Assembly: GCA_973895155.1 (NCBI GenBank)
Contig: OZ316892.1
Span: 17,784,357 to 17,848,356, forward strand
Source of the DNA: Marsupella aquatica
Lineage: Eukaryota; Plantae; Marchantiophyta
Reading direction: 5' to 3'
Length of the DNA: 64,000 bases
The translations under genes were made by a program, and so were the position numbers. Numbering within the stretch: position 1 is the stretch's first letter; each line of letters opens with the position of its first letter. Below the pieces are notes generated by a model that did not search any database, had not been told where the DNA came from, and was given only the letters and a program-made list of their open reading frames with translations. Shown here in pieces: positions 52,260 to 64,000 of this stretch.

Positions 52260-52539
52260 GTTCCTGAAAAAATCAAACACTCAAATATCACATATGCTGT
52301 TGCTGCCCAACACCCACATAAAATATGAATTCAACAATAGAGATCCAGCAGAGACCGACTCAAATCACCCAAAACCAAGTCTGACTCATTGCAACAAGAC
52401 ATGAATACTACATTGCTCGAAAATTGACATTGCAATGTAACGAAGGAGGAGAGGGGACCAGAGAGTTGACACTATCCCTAGTGAAGCTGAAGCTGAAGCT
52501 GGAATGTGGGCACAACGGCATGAGCAAGGAGCTTGAGCT

Positions 52540-53170
52540 ATGGAGCGAGCAACCTTGACCTGCAGCAATGAGCAAGCTTGAGCAGCAATCGAGGTTGGTG
52601 AGGGACCCAAGGCAGAAGCGAGTTGAAGCAGCAAGAGAGCTTGGACAGAGGCAGCAACAAGTTGAAGCAGCGAGCTTGGACCGAGGCAGCAGCAAGTGAG
52701 GGCAGCAGCGAGTTGAAGCGGCGAGCTTCAGCAGCAACAGCCGAGGCAGCAGCAAGATTCAGCAACAAGCTTGGACCGAGGCAGCAACGAGTGAGGGCAA
52801 CAGCGAGTTGAAGCGGTGAGCTTCAGCAGCAACAGCCAAGGCAGCAGCAAGCGAGCTTGGACCAAGGCAGTAGCGAGCTCGGGCAGCAGCGAGTTGAAGC
52901 AGTGAGCTTCAGCAGCAATAGCCGAGGCAGCAGCAAGATTTCAGCAGCAAGCGAGCTTGGACCAAGGCAGCAGCGAGCGAGGGCAGCAGCGAGCGAGGGC
53001 AGCAGCGAGTTGAAGCTGCGAGCTTCAGCAGCAAGAGCCGAGGCAGCAGCAAGTTGAAGCTGCGAGCTTCAGCAGCAAGAGCCGAGGCAGCAGCAAGATT
53101 CAGCAGCGAGCTTCAGCAGTGAGCTTCAACAACGAGTTCAAGCAATGAGTTGAAACAGCAAATATATTTA
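52540..53170. repeat. GCA-rich compound tandem repeat inside the Kolobok-like element
   Basis: Recurrent gcagcagcgagttgaagc.gcgagcttcagcagcaa.agccgaggcagcagcaag modules. Confidence 0.9.
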
Positions 53171-54445
53171 GCAGCAAGTTGAGTTGAAGCACAAAATTGT
53201 TTCAGCAGCGAGATCAAGCAGGAAATCGAGCAGCAACAGCGAGTAGGGGCAGCCGAGAGCTTCGCAAACAGGGGCAGCCAAGGGTGCAGCAAGTAGGGCA
53301 GTCCGTGGATGGCTATGGCAGCCGTAAGCTCAAAGGGAGGAGGCCATACACATTCAGCTGGGAGGCAGCAGCGAGCCTCGGCAGCAACAGCCCCAGCAGC
53401 AGCGAGTTGAAGTCAGCAGCAAGTCGAATGAAGCAGCAAGTTGAATGAAGCACCAACAGCCAAGGATGCATCAAGCTTCGGCAATCGATTGAGTGGCAAC
53501 AGCAACCAGGGGCAGCAGATGGTGCAACGAGCATGGGCACACTGTGGCTGGCTATGGTAGCCAAAACCTCGAAGGGAGGAGTGTGAGAGGAGGCGAGCAG
53601 CTTGCAGGAGGCCAGCAGCTCGCAGGGGTCGAAGGGAGGAGCGGGGAGGAGGCGAGCAGCTCGCAGGGGCAGCTCGTCGCAGTCTAGGGCTGGTGGGGGA
53701 GGGGAGGGCGGCCCTGCTGACCCTGGGTTAGTCCCTCGGGTTCGAACTGGTCTCTGACCCAGTGGGCAGAGTGGCACGCTCGCGGGCAGGGCTCGGGGTC
53801 CTTATGTACCCCGAGTTGTGGTTTAACAGATTGCATTCAATCGTTGACAGACAATATTATGCCTCAACGCCTAGTCAGGCAGGCCTGGGTTTGAACCAAG
53901 GGCAAGGGGCGGAAATTTGTGGGCCCTTGAGTTCCTGACCTGTAAAATCTAAAAATAAGACAAAATGAGGTAGGGCTACCAAAGCTGGGCCTGCTGACAC
54001 CTAACAACCGCAAATTAGGGACAACCAAGGGCCCCAAAAGAAAGGGCAACTTACATGCAAGATGGCTCAAAGACACTATACAATTATGCATGGTTTCCCG
54101 TAGACAAAGGGGCAATTGTAGCATGCCAGCAAGTAGGAAAAAATTCCACTTCACAAACTTACTCCCTAACTAGCCAAAACTTGGTTAGTAAAAACACAAA
54201 TTTTGGATTGGGAATCTTAGAAATGCATTAGAAATACAAAAGTCAGCAGACTGCCACTAACCATTAACAACCACTTGTGACTGGCTAACAATACTCTCCT
54301 AGCTAGCCAAAATTTTTGTGTGCCTGCATCATACAATATCTCTACATGAAGGGTTTATAGTTGATATTTGTTAACTAGCTCATCCCATTGTCAGCTGAAA
54401 AAGGCTTCAAGCTAGGGTTGAGTTAACTAGCCTACCCTCTGGGTC

Positions 54446-54670
54446 CTGTGGGGACCCCGATTCAGCGGAACAGAATGTGGATCAGATGGGTATCCTCTCG
54501 TACATCAATAATGAAATCAGCAAAAGTCTAAAATATTAAGAATTATTTGTGACTCGCCCTGTGGGGACCCCGATTCAGCGGAACAGAATGTGGATCAGAT
54601 GGGTATCCTCTCGTACATCAATAATGAAATCAGCAAAAGTCTAAAATATTAAGAATTATTTGTGACTCGC
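54446..54670. repeat. Exact ~113-bp tandem duplication, with a diverged third copy in the psb28 promoter (~55700-55860)
   Basis: ctgtggggaccccgattcagcggaacagaatgtggatcagatgg...gtgactcgcc twice; ccgattcagccgaacttaatgtggatcagatgg at ~55790. Confidence 0.9.
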
Positions 54671-56090
54671 CAGCCAAAATTCCTGTCTGCTTGCATCATA
54701 CAATAGGGGTCTCAATTAAGGATCCCTTATGTTCTTTCATGGGATAGTGCCACTACCAGTAACGAGGCCCATGGGTGAGTTTCACTGATGCACAGATCTT
54801 TTGAGGTTCATTTGGTTGGGTCTAGGCTGTGTGATGGGGGGAAGTGACAAGCAGGAAACAGCAAAATCCTGCGACACAAGTGTGCTGCTAGACTCAGTGA
54901 GTGGCGCACATTTTTTGGCCACATCCCTCCAAACCTGAACCCATAAGACCGTTGGCATAATATGTTTGAGACCCCTAATATCTCTGCATGAAGGGTGTAT
55001 AGTTGATATTTGTTAGCACAATACTCTCTCCCTAGCCAATTTTTTGGTCTGCTCTCATCATGCAATATCTCCGCATGAAGGGTTTATAGTTGATGTTTGT
55101 TACTCATCCCCTTGATGCAATATCTCTACTTGAAGGGTTTATAGTCGATGTTTGTTATTATTAGAGCGTCTCAAGGCCTGACGTTAACAAGAAAGGCCCT
55201 CCCATAACTCTAGTATTACGGGAACTCCCATAAAACTTATGGGAACCTATCTTTAGCTACCCTAAGGAAAGTCCATAGGCTCAACACTTAACTTGTAACT
55301 TTCCTGCAACTTTAGGAGGAAATCTGGAACTTTGAAAGCCGCAATTGAAGTGGGCATTTGAGGTGCACGAGAATGGAGGAAAATGAATATAGGCCATGAG
55401 ACATGTGAGGCCATAACTCCTGCCTTATGGGGCAGGTCAAAGCTATCTCACCCCATTTTTAAAATTCCATAACTGGGTCCCATAACTGGAGTTATAGGAT
55501 ATACCACAAATCCATAATCACTAATGACCGGAGAGGCACTCAAAGTTCTCCCGTAAGCAGAGTGTTATGGCTGTGTATGTTTGGAGGTAAAATGCTTATG
55601 GGATACTTATTTTGGTACTTATTTTGGTCTCCCTTAATGATTTTGTCTTGGCCATAACAGTTGTCCTAACCTGCTTTGACACTGCCTGTTAACTCATCCC
55701 GTTGTCAGCATTCCGAAAAAGGGTTGAAACCGGGGGTTGAGTTAACTACAGTAGCCTACGTACACTCTTGGTCCCGGTCCCGCGGGGATTCCGATTCAGC
55801 CGAACTTAATGTGGATCAGATGGATGCGCTCTCGTTGAAAAATAATGGTGGCAAAAGCCGAGCCAGGCGACTGAGGAGTGATGAGTGATGAGTGGGCGTG
55901 GCCCGGCACTCCAGAGGGAAGCGAACTAGAGGACCGTATCCATTCTGTGACAGAGCAATCGAGCTAGCGACTAGTAGCGAAGCCCAGGAGTGGACATTTG
56001 ATCGATCGGGCGACAAACGAGAGAGTGAGATTGAGAGCCAGGAGAAACGTGTAGGTCGAGAGAGTGTTTAGAAGAGAGGAGAGGGTGGCT

Positions 56091-57662
56091 ATGGCGGTCA
56101 CGCTAATGCAGCCCTCTCTGGCTTGCAGTGCGGCCTCGCAGACGAGGTTGCCAGCAGCTGGTGCAGGAGGAGCGACGAGCGTGGACCAGCCACGATGCAG
56201 CTACTCGCCGGTCCCCTCCACTCGTCCAGGTTGCGTTGCATTCCGTTCTGTTCTATTCTGTTCCGTTCCATTCCATTCCATTCTTCTTCTTTCTTGAGTG
56301 AAAGGTCTGTGATTCTAGAGTCGAAATCGTAGATTTGGTTGTCGATAGGTGAGCTGTATGTCCCTGGTGCTTCCCTTTGCTCCAAATTCTTGAGTCTCGT
56401 TTGAATCCTGCAATGTCGGAGTATCAGATTGAGAGTGCTCTAAAATTCGATGTCGAGGAAGAGATACGCGCGTTTTCGAAGAGAACGTGGGGACCCTCGG
56501 AGCGCTGAGAAATCTCAGTGATATGGCCATCGAGAACTTAGAATTGACAGGAGAAACGGATCTCCGTGAAGTTCAAACGAGCTGTAGAAACTTGAACAAT
56601 TGGGCTGGCATTGTTGGCAGAGCAGTGGAACTCGTGCCTCATAGCATTTGAAGCAGTCAAAGCCTCGTGCCCGCTTGCATCGTGAACCAGCTCTTATAGG
56701 TTTTGCATGGAGACTGGCACTGCCCGCCGGGGTCATATCAGCCGACCATTGTAGTCTGTGAAAGTGAATGCCTCTTAGATGCAGAATGTCAAGCTCTCGT
56801 GTCATACCATTGCCAGTACGGGCACCTTAATTTATGTATTTTGTTCATTTTTATCCCTATACTACAGTGAAGTAGATGGAGAATGTCAAGTTCTCTTCTC
56901 ATACCATTGCTAATATGGTCACCCATTTCTATGTCTGTTATTGACTTCTGATCTTTAAAAAATGTTAGCGGGACTCAAATTCGAGCAAGGGTCCAGATGA
57001 GAATGCTACCATGTGTTTCTTCTATGAGTGCGTTGCCTTAGAATATTTTATGGAGATGTGTTTCCGCCGGCACCTAGAGCATTGTCTGCATTCAAATTTC
57101 TGGAAATCCCCTAAATTTCATTTTGTTCCAGAGATGTTGATGGTTAGTTTGTGGGCATTCAGGTTCTATCTCGACGTTTCGTCATGGGGTTTGCAAAGGT
57201 GCCAGAGGATCTTTTGGAGGGGATGTTAGCTATCTCAGAGCCGCTATCATGAGTTTTCCTCATGGGGTTGCATCAGGTTCGAGGCCTGTGACTGACATGA
57301 ATGTCAATTCGTCTGGCAAAGCCAAGCCTGTTATTCAGTTCATCAGAGGCATCAACGAACAGTCTGTCCCAGACGTAAAGCTTACAAGATCCCGGGATGG
57401 ATCAAATGGAGTAGCAAATTTTGAGTTCGACGAGCCTTCAGTGTTTGATTCTTCTAGGGAGTTGGGAGATATCACTGGCCTTTACCTGATTGATTTTGAA
57501 GGTGTGCTATCATCAGTTGATGTCAGTGCCAAGTTTGTCAATGGAAAGCCTGCTAAGATAGAAGCCCGATACGTGATGCGTAACCTTAAAGAGTGGGATC
57601 GCTTCATGCGATTCATGGAGCGCTATGGAGAGGAGCATCAGCTTGGCTTTGTAAAGAGTTGA
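56091..57662 (+). CDS. psb28: Photosystem II assembly protein Psb28 with plastid transit peptide, 2 exons
   Basis: Exon 56091-56229 ([16 protein letters not shown]..., transit-like) splices in phase 1 to 57163-57662: [23 protein letters not shown]...LIDFEG...KFVNGKP...[11 protein letters not shown]. Confidence 0.95.
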
Positions 57663-58814
57663 GTAATCAATAGAGTTTGGCTGGGGACCTATGATGTAAC
57701 CCCTGGGACTCAGCACAATTTATTTGTCTGGAAATGAGTATCAGATCTATCCACTTGGAATTCTTGGGGTTTTTCACCCTGACCAGCTACATGTACTCGG
57801 GATCTTCTCTCGGTTGAGGCAACCACGAAGTAGTCTTTATTTGTTGCTCCTCCTGTCTGCGGAAATTGACGATTCTGCCAATGCTAATGCTAAATTCTTG
57901 CGTGGAAACGAGGTCGAGCAGTCTGGAAATTTGTGTGTCAGAATGAGTATTATCTGTGTCTCATTATTACAATGAAGTTTTCATTACGTATTGTGGGCGG
58001 AGTTGATTCGGCAAACAGTTCATCGAAATTTTTTAGGGATAAAACGTGGCGTCAAATAGGATCCCGCTGATTCCCTATATTATGTCTTCGTGATAATGTC
58101 GTTCTTAAATCGGAGCACATCAGGGACAGTTTTGGACGATGACAAACGAGTGTGAAGGGTCACCATTCCAATCAATGTTGGGGTTAAAAGCACTTTTTTG
58201 GAATAGCGAACTTCGAGCACAAAGTATTTCCATTCTTCAATTCTAATACTAAACGAATAACTCAAGAGTGGGGACTGCAATAATTTCCCCACCACACCAC
58301 AGGGTCACAGATGCTTAATTTGAAGGGAAATACCTAATTTCAATGCAACAATTAACTCAACAGGTTAATTTCCCTGCTGAGCAATCAGATCTGGAAGTGA
58401 AGTTCGAACTTGTTCGCGACAGACAAAACTAAAAGGTTCACTGTAAAATCAGTGGAGAAAACGACAAATGCTGGAAGAAGTATCAACCAGGTCAAATCTG
58501 GCGATGAAGATAGAAACCACCTGAACTACGGCGATGGCTGTGAAGTCCTCGGTACTCCTCCGATGCTGACCTGGAGATCAGTTTGATCAGCTTCTCTTTG
58601 AGGAATAACAAAATTAACAGGCTCGTTGCGGAGTTTCTGGAGGAAAGCACTAAAGGCTGGGCCAGCATCAAAGAGGTCAGATCTGGCGATGACGATAAAA
58701 ATCACCCAAACTGTGGCGATGCTGTGACACTGCTGCACTAGAACTCAGTTTGACCAGCCTTGATGACGGCCCACAAGAATTGGTAGTCTACTTGAACCTC
58801 ACATACCACCTTTG

Positions 58815-60467
58815 TCATCGCGGTCGCAATGGGACTGTGTATGGCGTGGGGAGGTGGATCCGGTGTGGTATTGAACTTCCAGCACCAGCCCCATCGAGCC
58901 CAAATGAAGAAGAGAGGCTACTTCGATATTGTTCCAAGTCTGATTGAGGTTGAGTGGGACCAAGCGTTGAACCAAGAGATGAACCGTGTCCTTCGATAAA
59001 GTCTGAATGACGAAAGTTGTTGGACGTGGGCGTCAAACCGGAAGAAGGCCTCGCTGGCGGATGCCACAATTGTCCCGGAGTCCAAACGGAAGTGAAGGGC
59101 TCCGTCGCACCGTCCCTCCTCCAAGGAACAGAACTCTGACCACCACTCTGGTGTCCTGCACCATGTGATTCTAGTCCGGGAACAGGTGGCTCCGGCCCCA
59201 AAGTTAGTGAAAGATCTGTCCAAGAGTGACTAAACCTCCTATTCAGCTCTCCTGCAGTATGACCAGTATCAGTCCTTCCACCTGATATCGAAGGGGAAAT
59301 CGTTCCATTTTGCCTTGCCCTTCTACCGCTGCCTGTCGGTGCACTCCGAAGAGAAGAGCTTTGTGGTTGTGACTGGCTTGTGCCAACTTGCCCATGCGCA
59401 AAACGAGGCCTTGGGCATGGTCCTACCGGCAGGCTACCACCATCTGTAAGCAATTCGTGGTTGTGTTGCGCACTGTAGGTGCCAAGAACACTGTCGTACT
59501 GGCTATTTTGCCTTTCGGTCTCAGTGCGAGTCCAAGAATTCGATCTTTCAGGGGCAGAAGGTGCCGATCCTGTGTCCCCAAAAACTGTTGCACTATTGCG
59601 AGGAAGGAAAGGAAGGTCCATCATATGAGATAATCTTGGTTGTTCTCCAAAGATAGATGGATCAGTCCGGTGTCCATACCCAGAGTGCAGGCGAGGGCCC
59701 CAGATGTTGCTGCGAGAGTTGAACAAATCTCCATTGCCAATCGATGACCCCACAGAAGAGCCGCTGTTTGATGCACCGGATGGATCGAGGGGTCTATTGG
59801 GTCGACCTGCCACGGGGGGTCGCACACGGGCCTCATCTGTACCTCGAGACTGTCTGCCTTGTGCCTCAAGGTAAGGACAGACGGGAGGAGAACTGCTTGC
59901 ACCCCCAGTAGTACTTTCATTGTAGTTGTAAGACACATTGACAACCACCTCCGGAAGAATTCTGACGGGCCCATCGTCATGCCGTAGCGGCACCGAAAAG
60001 TGAACTTGCTCGTAAGAGCTTCCACCCGCCGCTGCAAGGCTCCCGTGTTGATACGGGCACCAGTCGAAGTGATTAAGCGAGTCTGGCGCGACCAGAAAAG
60101 GAAGAAATGTCGGATAAGCTTCATTCGCGTCTTCCTCGTAGGAGAATTCCTCCAGCCGTAATCCAGCCTCGATCGAGAAATCTTCATTCAAGCGCGATCC
60201 ATTGGCGTCGATCGAGAATTCGTCACTCAAGCGCGATCCGTTGGCGTATAGCCACTGCCCATTTTCCACATGCCTACAATTAGGGCACTGCATCGCCCCC
60301 TTGGCATTGAACGCGGACCCAATGCAATCCAGATGGAAATGATGGCCGCATTTCAGCTTCGCAATCGATCGCTCGCCGGAATCGCTGACGGCGTCTAAGC
60401 AGACAGAGCAGAACTCCGACGCTCGAAACATCTTCGCCAAGTCTCGCTCCGAAGACACGGCACCCAT
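58815..60467 (-). CDS. RING-H2 E3 ubiquitin ligase, RFI2/IPI1-like, intronless, 550 aa
   Basis: CSVCLDAV..GERSIAKLKCGHHFHLDCIGSAFNAKGAMQCPNCRHVENGQWLYANG, followed by WCPY, CPY and a long low-complexity tail. Confidence 0.92.
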   Translation of the reverse strand: MGAVSSERDLAKMFRASEFCSVCLDAVSDSGERSIAKLKCGHHFHLDCIGSAFNAKGAMQCPNCRHVENGQWLYANGSRLSDEFSIDANGSRLNEDFSIEAGLRLEEFSYEEDANEAYPTFLPFLVAPDSLNHFDWCPYQHGSLAAAGGSSYEQVHFSVPLRHDDGPVRILPEVVVNVSYNYNESTTGGASSSPPVCPYLEAQGRQSRGTDEARVRPPVAGRPNRPLDPSGASNSGSSVGSSIGNGDLFNSRSNIWGPRLHSGYGHRTDPSIFGEQPRLSHMMDLPFLPRNSATVFGDTGSAPSAPERSNSWTRTETERQNSQYDSVLGTYSAQHNHELLTDGGSLPVGPCPRPRFAHGQVGTSQSQPQSSSLRSAPTGSGRRARQNGTISPSISGGRTDTGHTAGELNRRFSHSWTDLSLTLGPEPPVPGLESHGAGHQSGGQSSVPWRRDGATEPFTSVWTPGQLWHPPARPSSGLTPTSNNFRHSDFIEGHGSSLGSTLGPTQPQSDLEQYRSSLSSSFGLDGAGAGSSIPHRIHLPTPYTVPLRPR

Positions 60468-60527
60468 GCTGCCTGGGCGGCCCTCCTTTCCACTCCAAGA
60501 TCAGAAACGGAAAAATCGCGTCTGCTG

Positions 60528-60740
60528 AACACGAGCGCACAACAGTTAGGGCCAACACAATTTCCCAACATCAGCTGAACACACGAACACACGACAATTA
60601 GCGCCAACACACCAATTGCCGCGATCAGCTCAAACACGAGAGCACAACAATTACCGCCAACACAATATCCGCCGAGATCAGCTCAACACGAGAGCACATC
60701 GAATTAGGGCCAACACAACAATCGCCGAGATCAGCTCGAC
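60528..60740. repeat. Diverged ~50-60-bp repeats in the RING gene 5' region
   Basis: aacacgag.gcaca..a.tta..gccaacac.....atcagct, about 4 copies. Confidence 0.8.
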
Positions 60741-61269
60741 ATAAACACAATTTCCCTTCTTAACCCTCCACTCCACTCAACTCAACTCAACTCAACTCCA
60801 CGCTGCTTTCGGTTTTCAAGGCAAAAAACTCCACGCTCACCTTCCCTTCGTATCCCTTTCCCTTCTCCTTCGTTCCGCACTTCCGCTCGATCTTCCTTCC
60901 TTCCGTCGTCGTCCCTTTCGATCAATCTCCACTCTTCTCAACTCCTCTTCCTCCCCCTCCTCCTCCTCCTCGTGTTTCTCTATCGGCCCCCACCGACGCC
61001 GAGACACTCATCTGAGGCCCAGTTTCCGCAGATTCCACTCAATTCCGTAGACGTCTGGACGGAGCAAAGTCGCACATCATATCGTTCCATTGATTGACGA
61101 CAGAGAATCCAGCAGCGACGCGAGAACGGAGCCGATAATGTACACTTCCGACCTTAAAGACACGATCCATCCGCAGGTTTCTTCTCCTCGGGACCAGCTC
61201 CTCTCCTCTCCTCTCCCCTCTCCTCGCGTCGCGTTGCGTACAGGAGTGACTAAAGTTTTTGCTTCGGTA

Positions 61270-62135
61270 CGCGTGAAAGGCGTGTTATATGAAACTGAAC
61301 CCAAGCCAGGACGGACCACCATGTTGGGCAACGTGCTCCCGTGTACCGCATTTTGGTGGTCCATGGGAGTTTGGACCCTTCCCTTGATGGTTATGATTAT
61401 GAGTTCTAAAATAGTTTATTGTGGCTTAGTGTACACTAGTGAAAATAGTTTTTTTCTTGGGTATCGTGAAAGGAGTGTTATATGAAACTGAAAGCCAAGC
61501 CAGGACGGACCACCATGCTGGGCAACTTGCTCCAGTGTACCACATTTTCGTGGTCCATTGGAGTTTGGACCCTTAACTTTGATGATTATGAATTCTAAAA
61601 TAGTTTATTATGGCTAAGTGTACACCAGTGAAAATAGTTTTTTTCTTGGGTCTGCGTGAAAGGAGTAAACTGAAGCCAAGCCAGGACTGACCACTATGTT
61701 GGGCAATGTGCTCCCATGTACCACAATTTGATGGTCCATGGGAGTTTGGACCCTGAACCTGATGGTTATGAATTAACTTCATGGTTATAAGTTCTAAAAT
61801 AATTCATTGTAGGTTATTGTACACAGTGAATCAAGTTTTTTATTGGGCACACGTGAAGGCGTGTTATGTGAAACTGAAGCCAGGATGGATCACTATGTTG
61901 GACAATGTGTTCCTGTGTACCACATTTTGGTGGTCCATGGGAGTTTGGGACCCAAAACTTGATGGTTATGAGGCCTAAAATAATTTATTGTCTGGTGGTG
62001 TAGTGTACACCAGTGACTCAAGTTTTCTCTTGGGTTTGTGTGAAACTCATGTTATATAAAACTGAAGCCAAGCCAGGACTGACCAACCATGTTGGACATG
62101 GTGCTCCGGTGGTCCATGGGAGTTTGGGAATACTA
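61270..62135. repeat. ~190-bp satellite-like tandem array, about 5 copies
   Basis: gtgaa.gg.gtgttat.tgaaactgaa.ccaagccaggac.gaccac.atg.tggg...ggtccatgggagtttgg units at ~61272, 61466, 61656, 61853 and 62040. Confidence 0.9.
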
Positions 62136-64000
62136 AAATAATATTTAACTTTATTTTGCACCTGCAAGGAGACATCGAAAACACACAAGCACAAACATTT
62201 CATGTAAACATAATGAAGATTAATTTAACAAAATTTACCTCTTCATATTTTATGCTGTAAAACTCAACTAAATTGACCTGAAATTCACTATGACTTGATG
62301 GAAATCTAGCTTACCTACTACTCGAGCATGTCCCACAAATTAAAAAATATTTGTGATCCATGGGGCCCTCAAATTCAGTGGAATATATTTATTATTTTAT
62401 TATTACCCGGGAGAGTTTTCGGGGTCAGATGTGTGGGGCCCACACGGCTACCATGCCACATGCCGGGTTTACCAATGATATACGGGATACAATTCTACTT
62501 CTCCCCCTAACCCAATGATTTTATTTTAATAACGATGTATGGGCTGCACGTTAGTTAGTATTGTGATAGCCCCCCAAAATGGCCCAGCAGGTGTTGTACA
62601 CCTTGTTGTCGATGAGGGCCCCAAAAGGTACTGGCTTTAAGGGTCGGTGTGTGGGGTCCACATGGTTATTAGCGTTTTGGGCCAGCGTTACTATTCAATT
62701 AGGGGACACCATTATAGTTTTCGCAATCTCACCCTAACCAATGATTCTATTTTAACTGGTATCCCAAAATCCTTCTCTGTATTTTATTGCCACAAATAGA
62801 ATTGTTTAGTCAATTGTGAGCACGTGCTCACATGATAGTACCTACTAAAATACATGACACAATGGTTTTAATATAATTGGTATAAAAAACATGTATCTAG
62901 TGACTCCCCAAACAGTCTCCACTCTCCAGGAAGCTCGGTGTGTGGGGTCCACACTATTATTAGCCCACTTGACCAGGTGTGCCACTGAACATTTGTTTGC
63001 TATCCTATTCCCCAAAATCGTTCAAATTACCAACCTGCCCCCGAATCTAATTTATATAATGTATGATGTCTACATTGGGAGGTTAAGCCAACCCCCATAC
63101 CATTGTGTTTTTTAAAATTTTTTTCTTAAAATCAATTTCTTTGGACCCAAAATTTCAGTTTTCACCCATATCTACTACCTTTTAAATAAATTAGCTTAGC
63201 ATATGCTATGATCTCACATGTGCCAAGCATGGATACTTTGGCTGAAATTAGCCAAAACATAAATCAGATGCTAGTGTAAGTCGAGCATCGGCCCAAGCCT
63301 GGGTTTGCTATTACAGTTATCAAAGCATCGATCGTCAAGCGGGTGGTCAAGCATATATGGGTCCATTGCAAAAGATTAGCAGATCATGGATCTGTGCCCA
63401 AAGTTTATGACATGGATTGATCTGGACCAATGTTAATGTCTCATAGCATCATGATACTTCTTACACTTCTATCTATAATATAACCTGTAAGGTGAGGGCG
63501 GGCTGAGGGACACGGGGTGCAACAAAATACTCTGTCCAGTACAGCTGGTAGTTAGTCCATTAAAATCCCCTTAGAATCTAAAATGTTTTTAATGGCATAA
63601 TAATTAAACTAAATTTTTGGTAAACGGATTAAACCAGCCTCACAATTCGCATTAATGTATTATTTTTGCACCTGGTCAGGTTTGCCACTCAATGACAGGA
63701 CAATTTTAGTTTCACCCATAACCAATGTTTCTGTTTTAATTCAAAACTACCCTCGTCCCCCAAAGACAACCCCATGGCCTTGTATTCTATTAGTGGGGGC
63801 CCTCTATTCAGATAGTGAGTCTGGGCATTGTATTCAAGTTTTGACATGTGCTGTCATTTTTTGTGCTTTCAGGGCAATATGTTGGAAAATGGGCGTAGAG
63901 TTTGAATATTGACTTTATGTTTGAATATTTGCGTTGTAGTATGACGCATGAATTTCTACTTGTTCTATTTGTTGAACAGTTTAGGGTCAAATCTTGAACA

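Larger units (their letters stand above)
46200..53822 (+). mobile_element. Kolobok-like DNA transposon (transposase plus convergent KolX-like gene)
   Basis: TTAA|ACCACAAATC...GAGTTGTGGT|TTAA (TTAA at 46196-46199 and 53823-53826; 10-bp TIR with one mismatch); two convergent genes with Kolobok-type motifs. The termini are less certain than the genes. Confidence 0.7.

Noticed and set aside
52386-53777. Multiple Ala/Ser/Leu/Gln-rich ORFs
   Set aside because: By-products of GCA-rich repeats that are open in several frames on both strands.
55164-55541. Possible Tourist/PIF MITE (GAGCGTCTC...GAGGCACTC)
   Set aside because: TIR match is short and imperfect and the TSD is inconsistent (TTA vs AAA).
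63472-64000. Helitron-like 5' start A|TCTATAATATAA
   Set aside because: No 3' hairpin or CTRR end within the window to support it.

Overview
Eukaryotic, intron-rich land-plant genomic DNA (the gene style suggests a non-seed plant; this is inference). Host genes: the 5' end of MCM2 (-), a ~19-exon AMP deaminase (-, one GC-AG intron), a 4-exon universal stress protein (-), nuclear psb28 (+) and an intronless RFI2/IPI1-like RING-H2 E3 ligase (-). Between them lies a nested transposon landscape. (1) A Crypton/DUF3504-like tyrosine-recombinase element with flanking direct and inverted repeats, interrupted by a Bianca-type Ty1/copia (141-bp LTRs, AATTT TSD, half-tRNA-Ile PBS). (2) A very young TAR/Tork-like copia (493-bp LTRs, CTGTG TSD) whose gag and pol are separated by one in-frame TGA; it sits inside a MULE-like TIR element next to a solo LTR. 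(3) The most notable feature: a ~7.6-kb two-gene element flanked by TTAA. It encodes a spliced Kolobok-type DDE transposase with an inserted SAP/Rho_N-like motif and a convergent KolX-like ORF. I know this superfamily mainly from animals, fungi and protists rather than land plants. All family calls come from motif recognition by eye, not database searches, and some exon boundaries are approximate.
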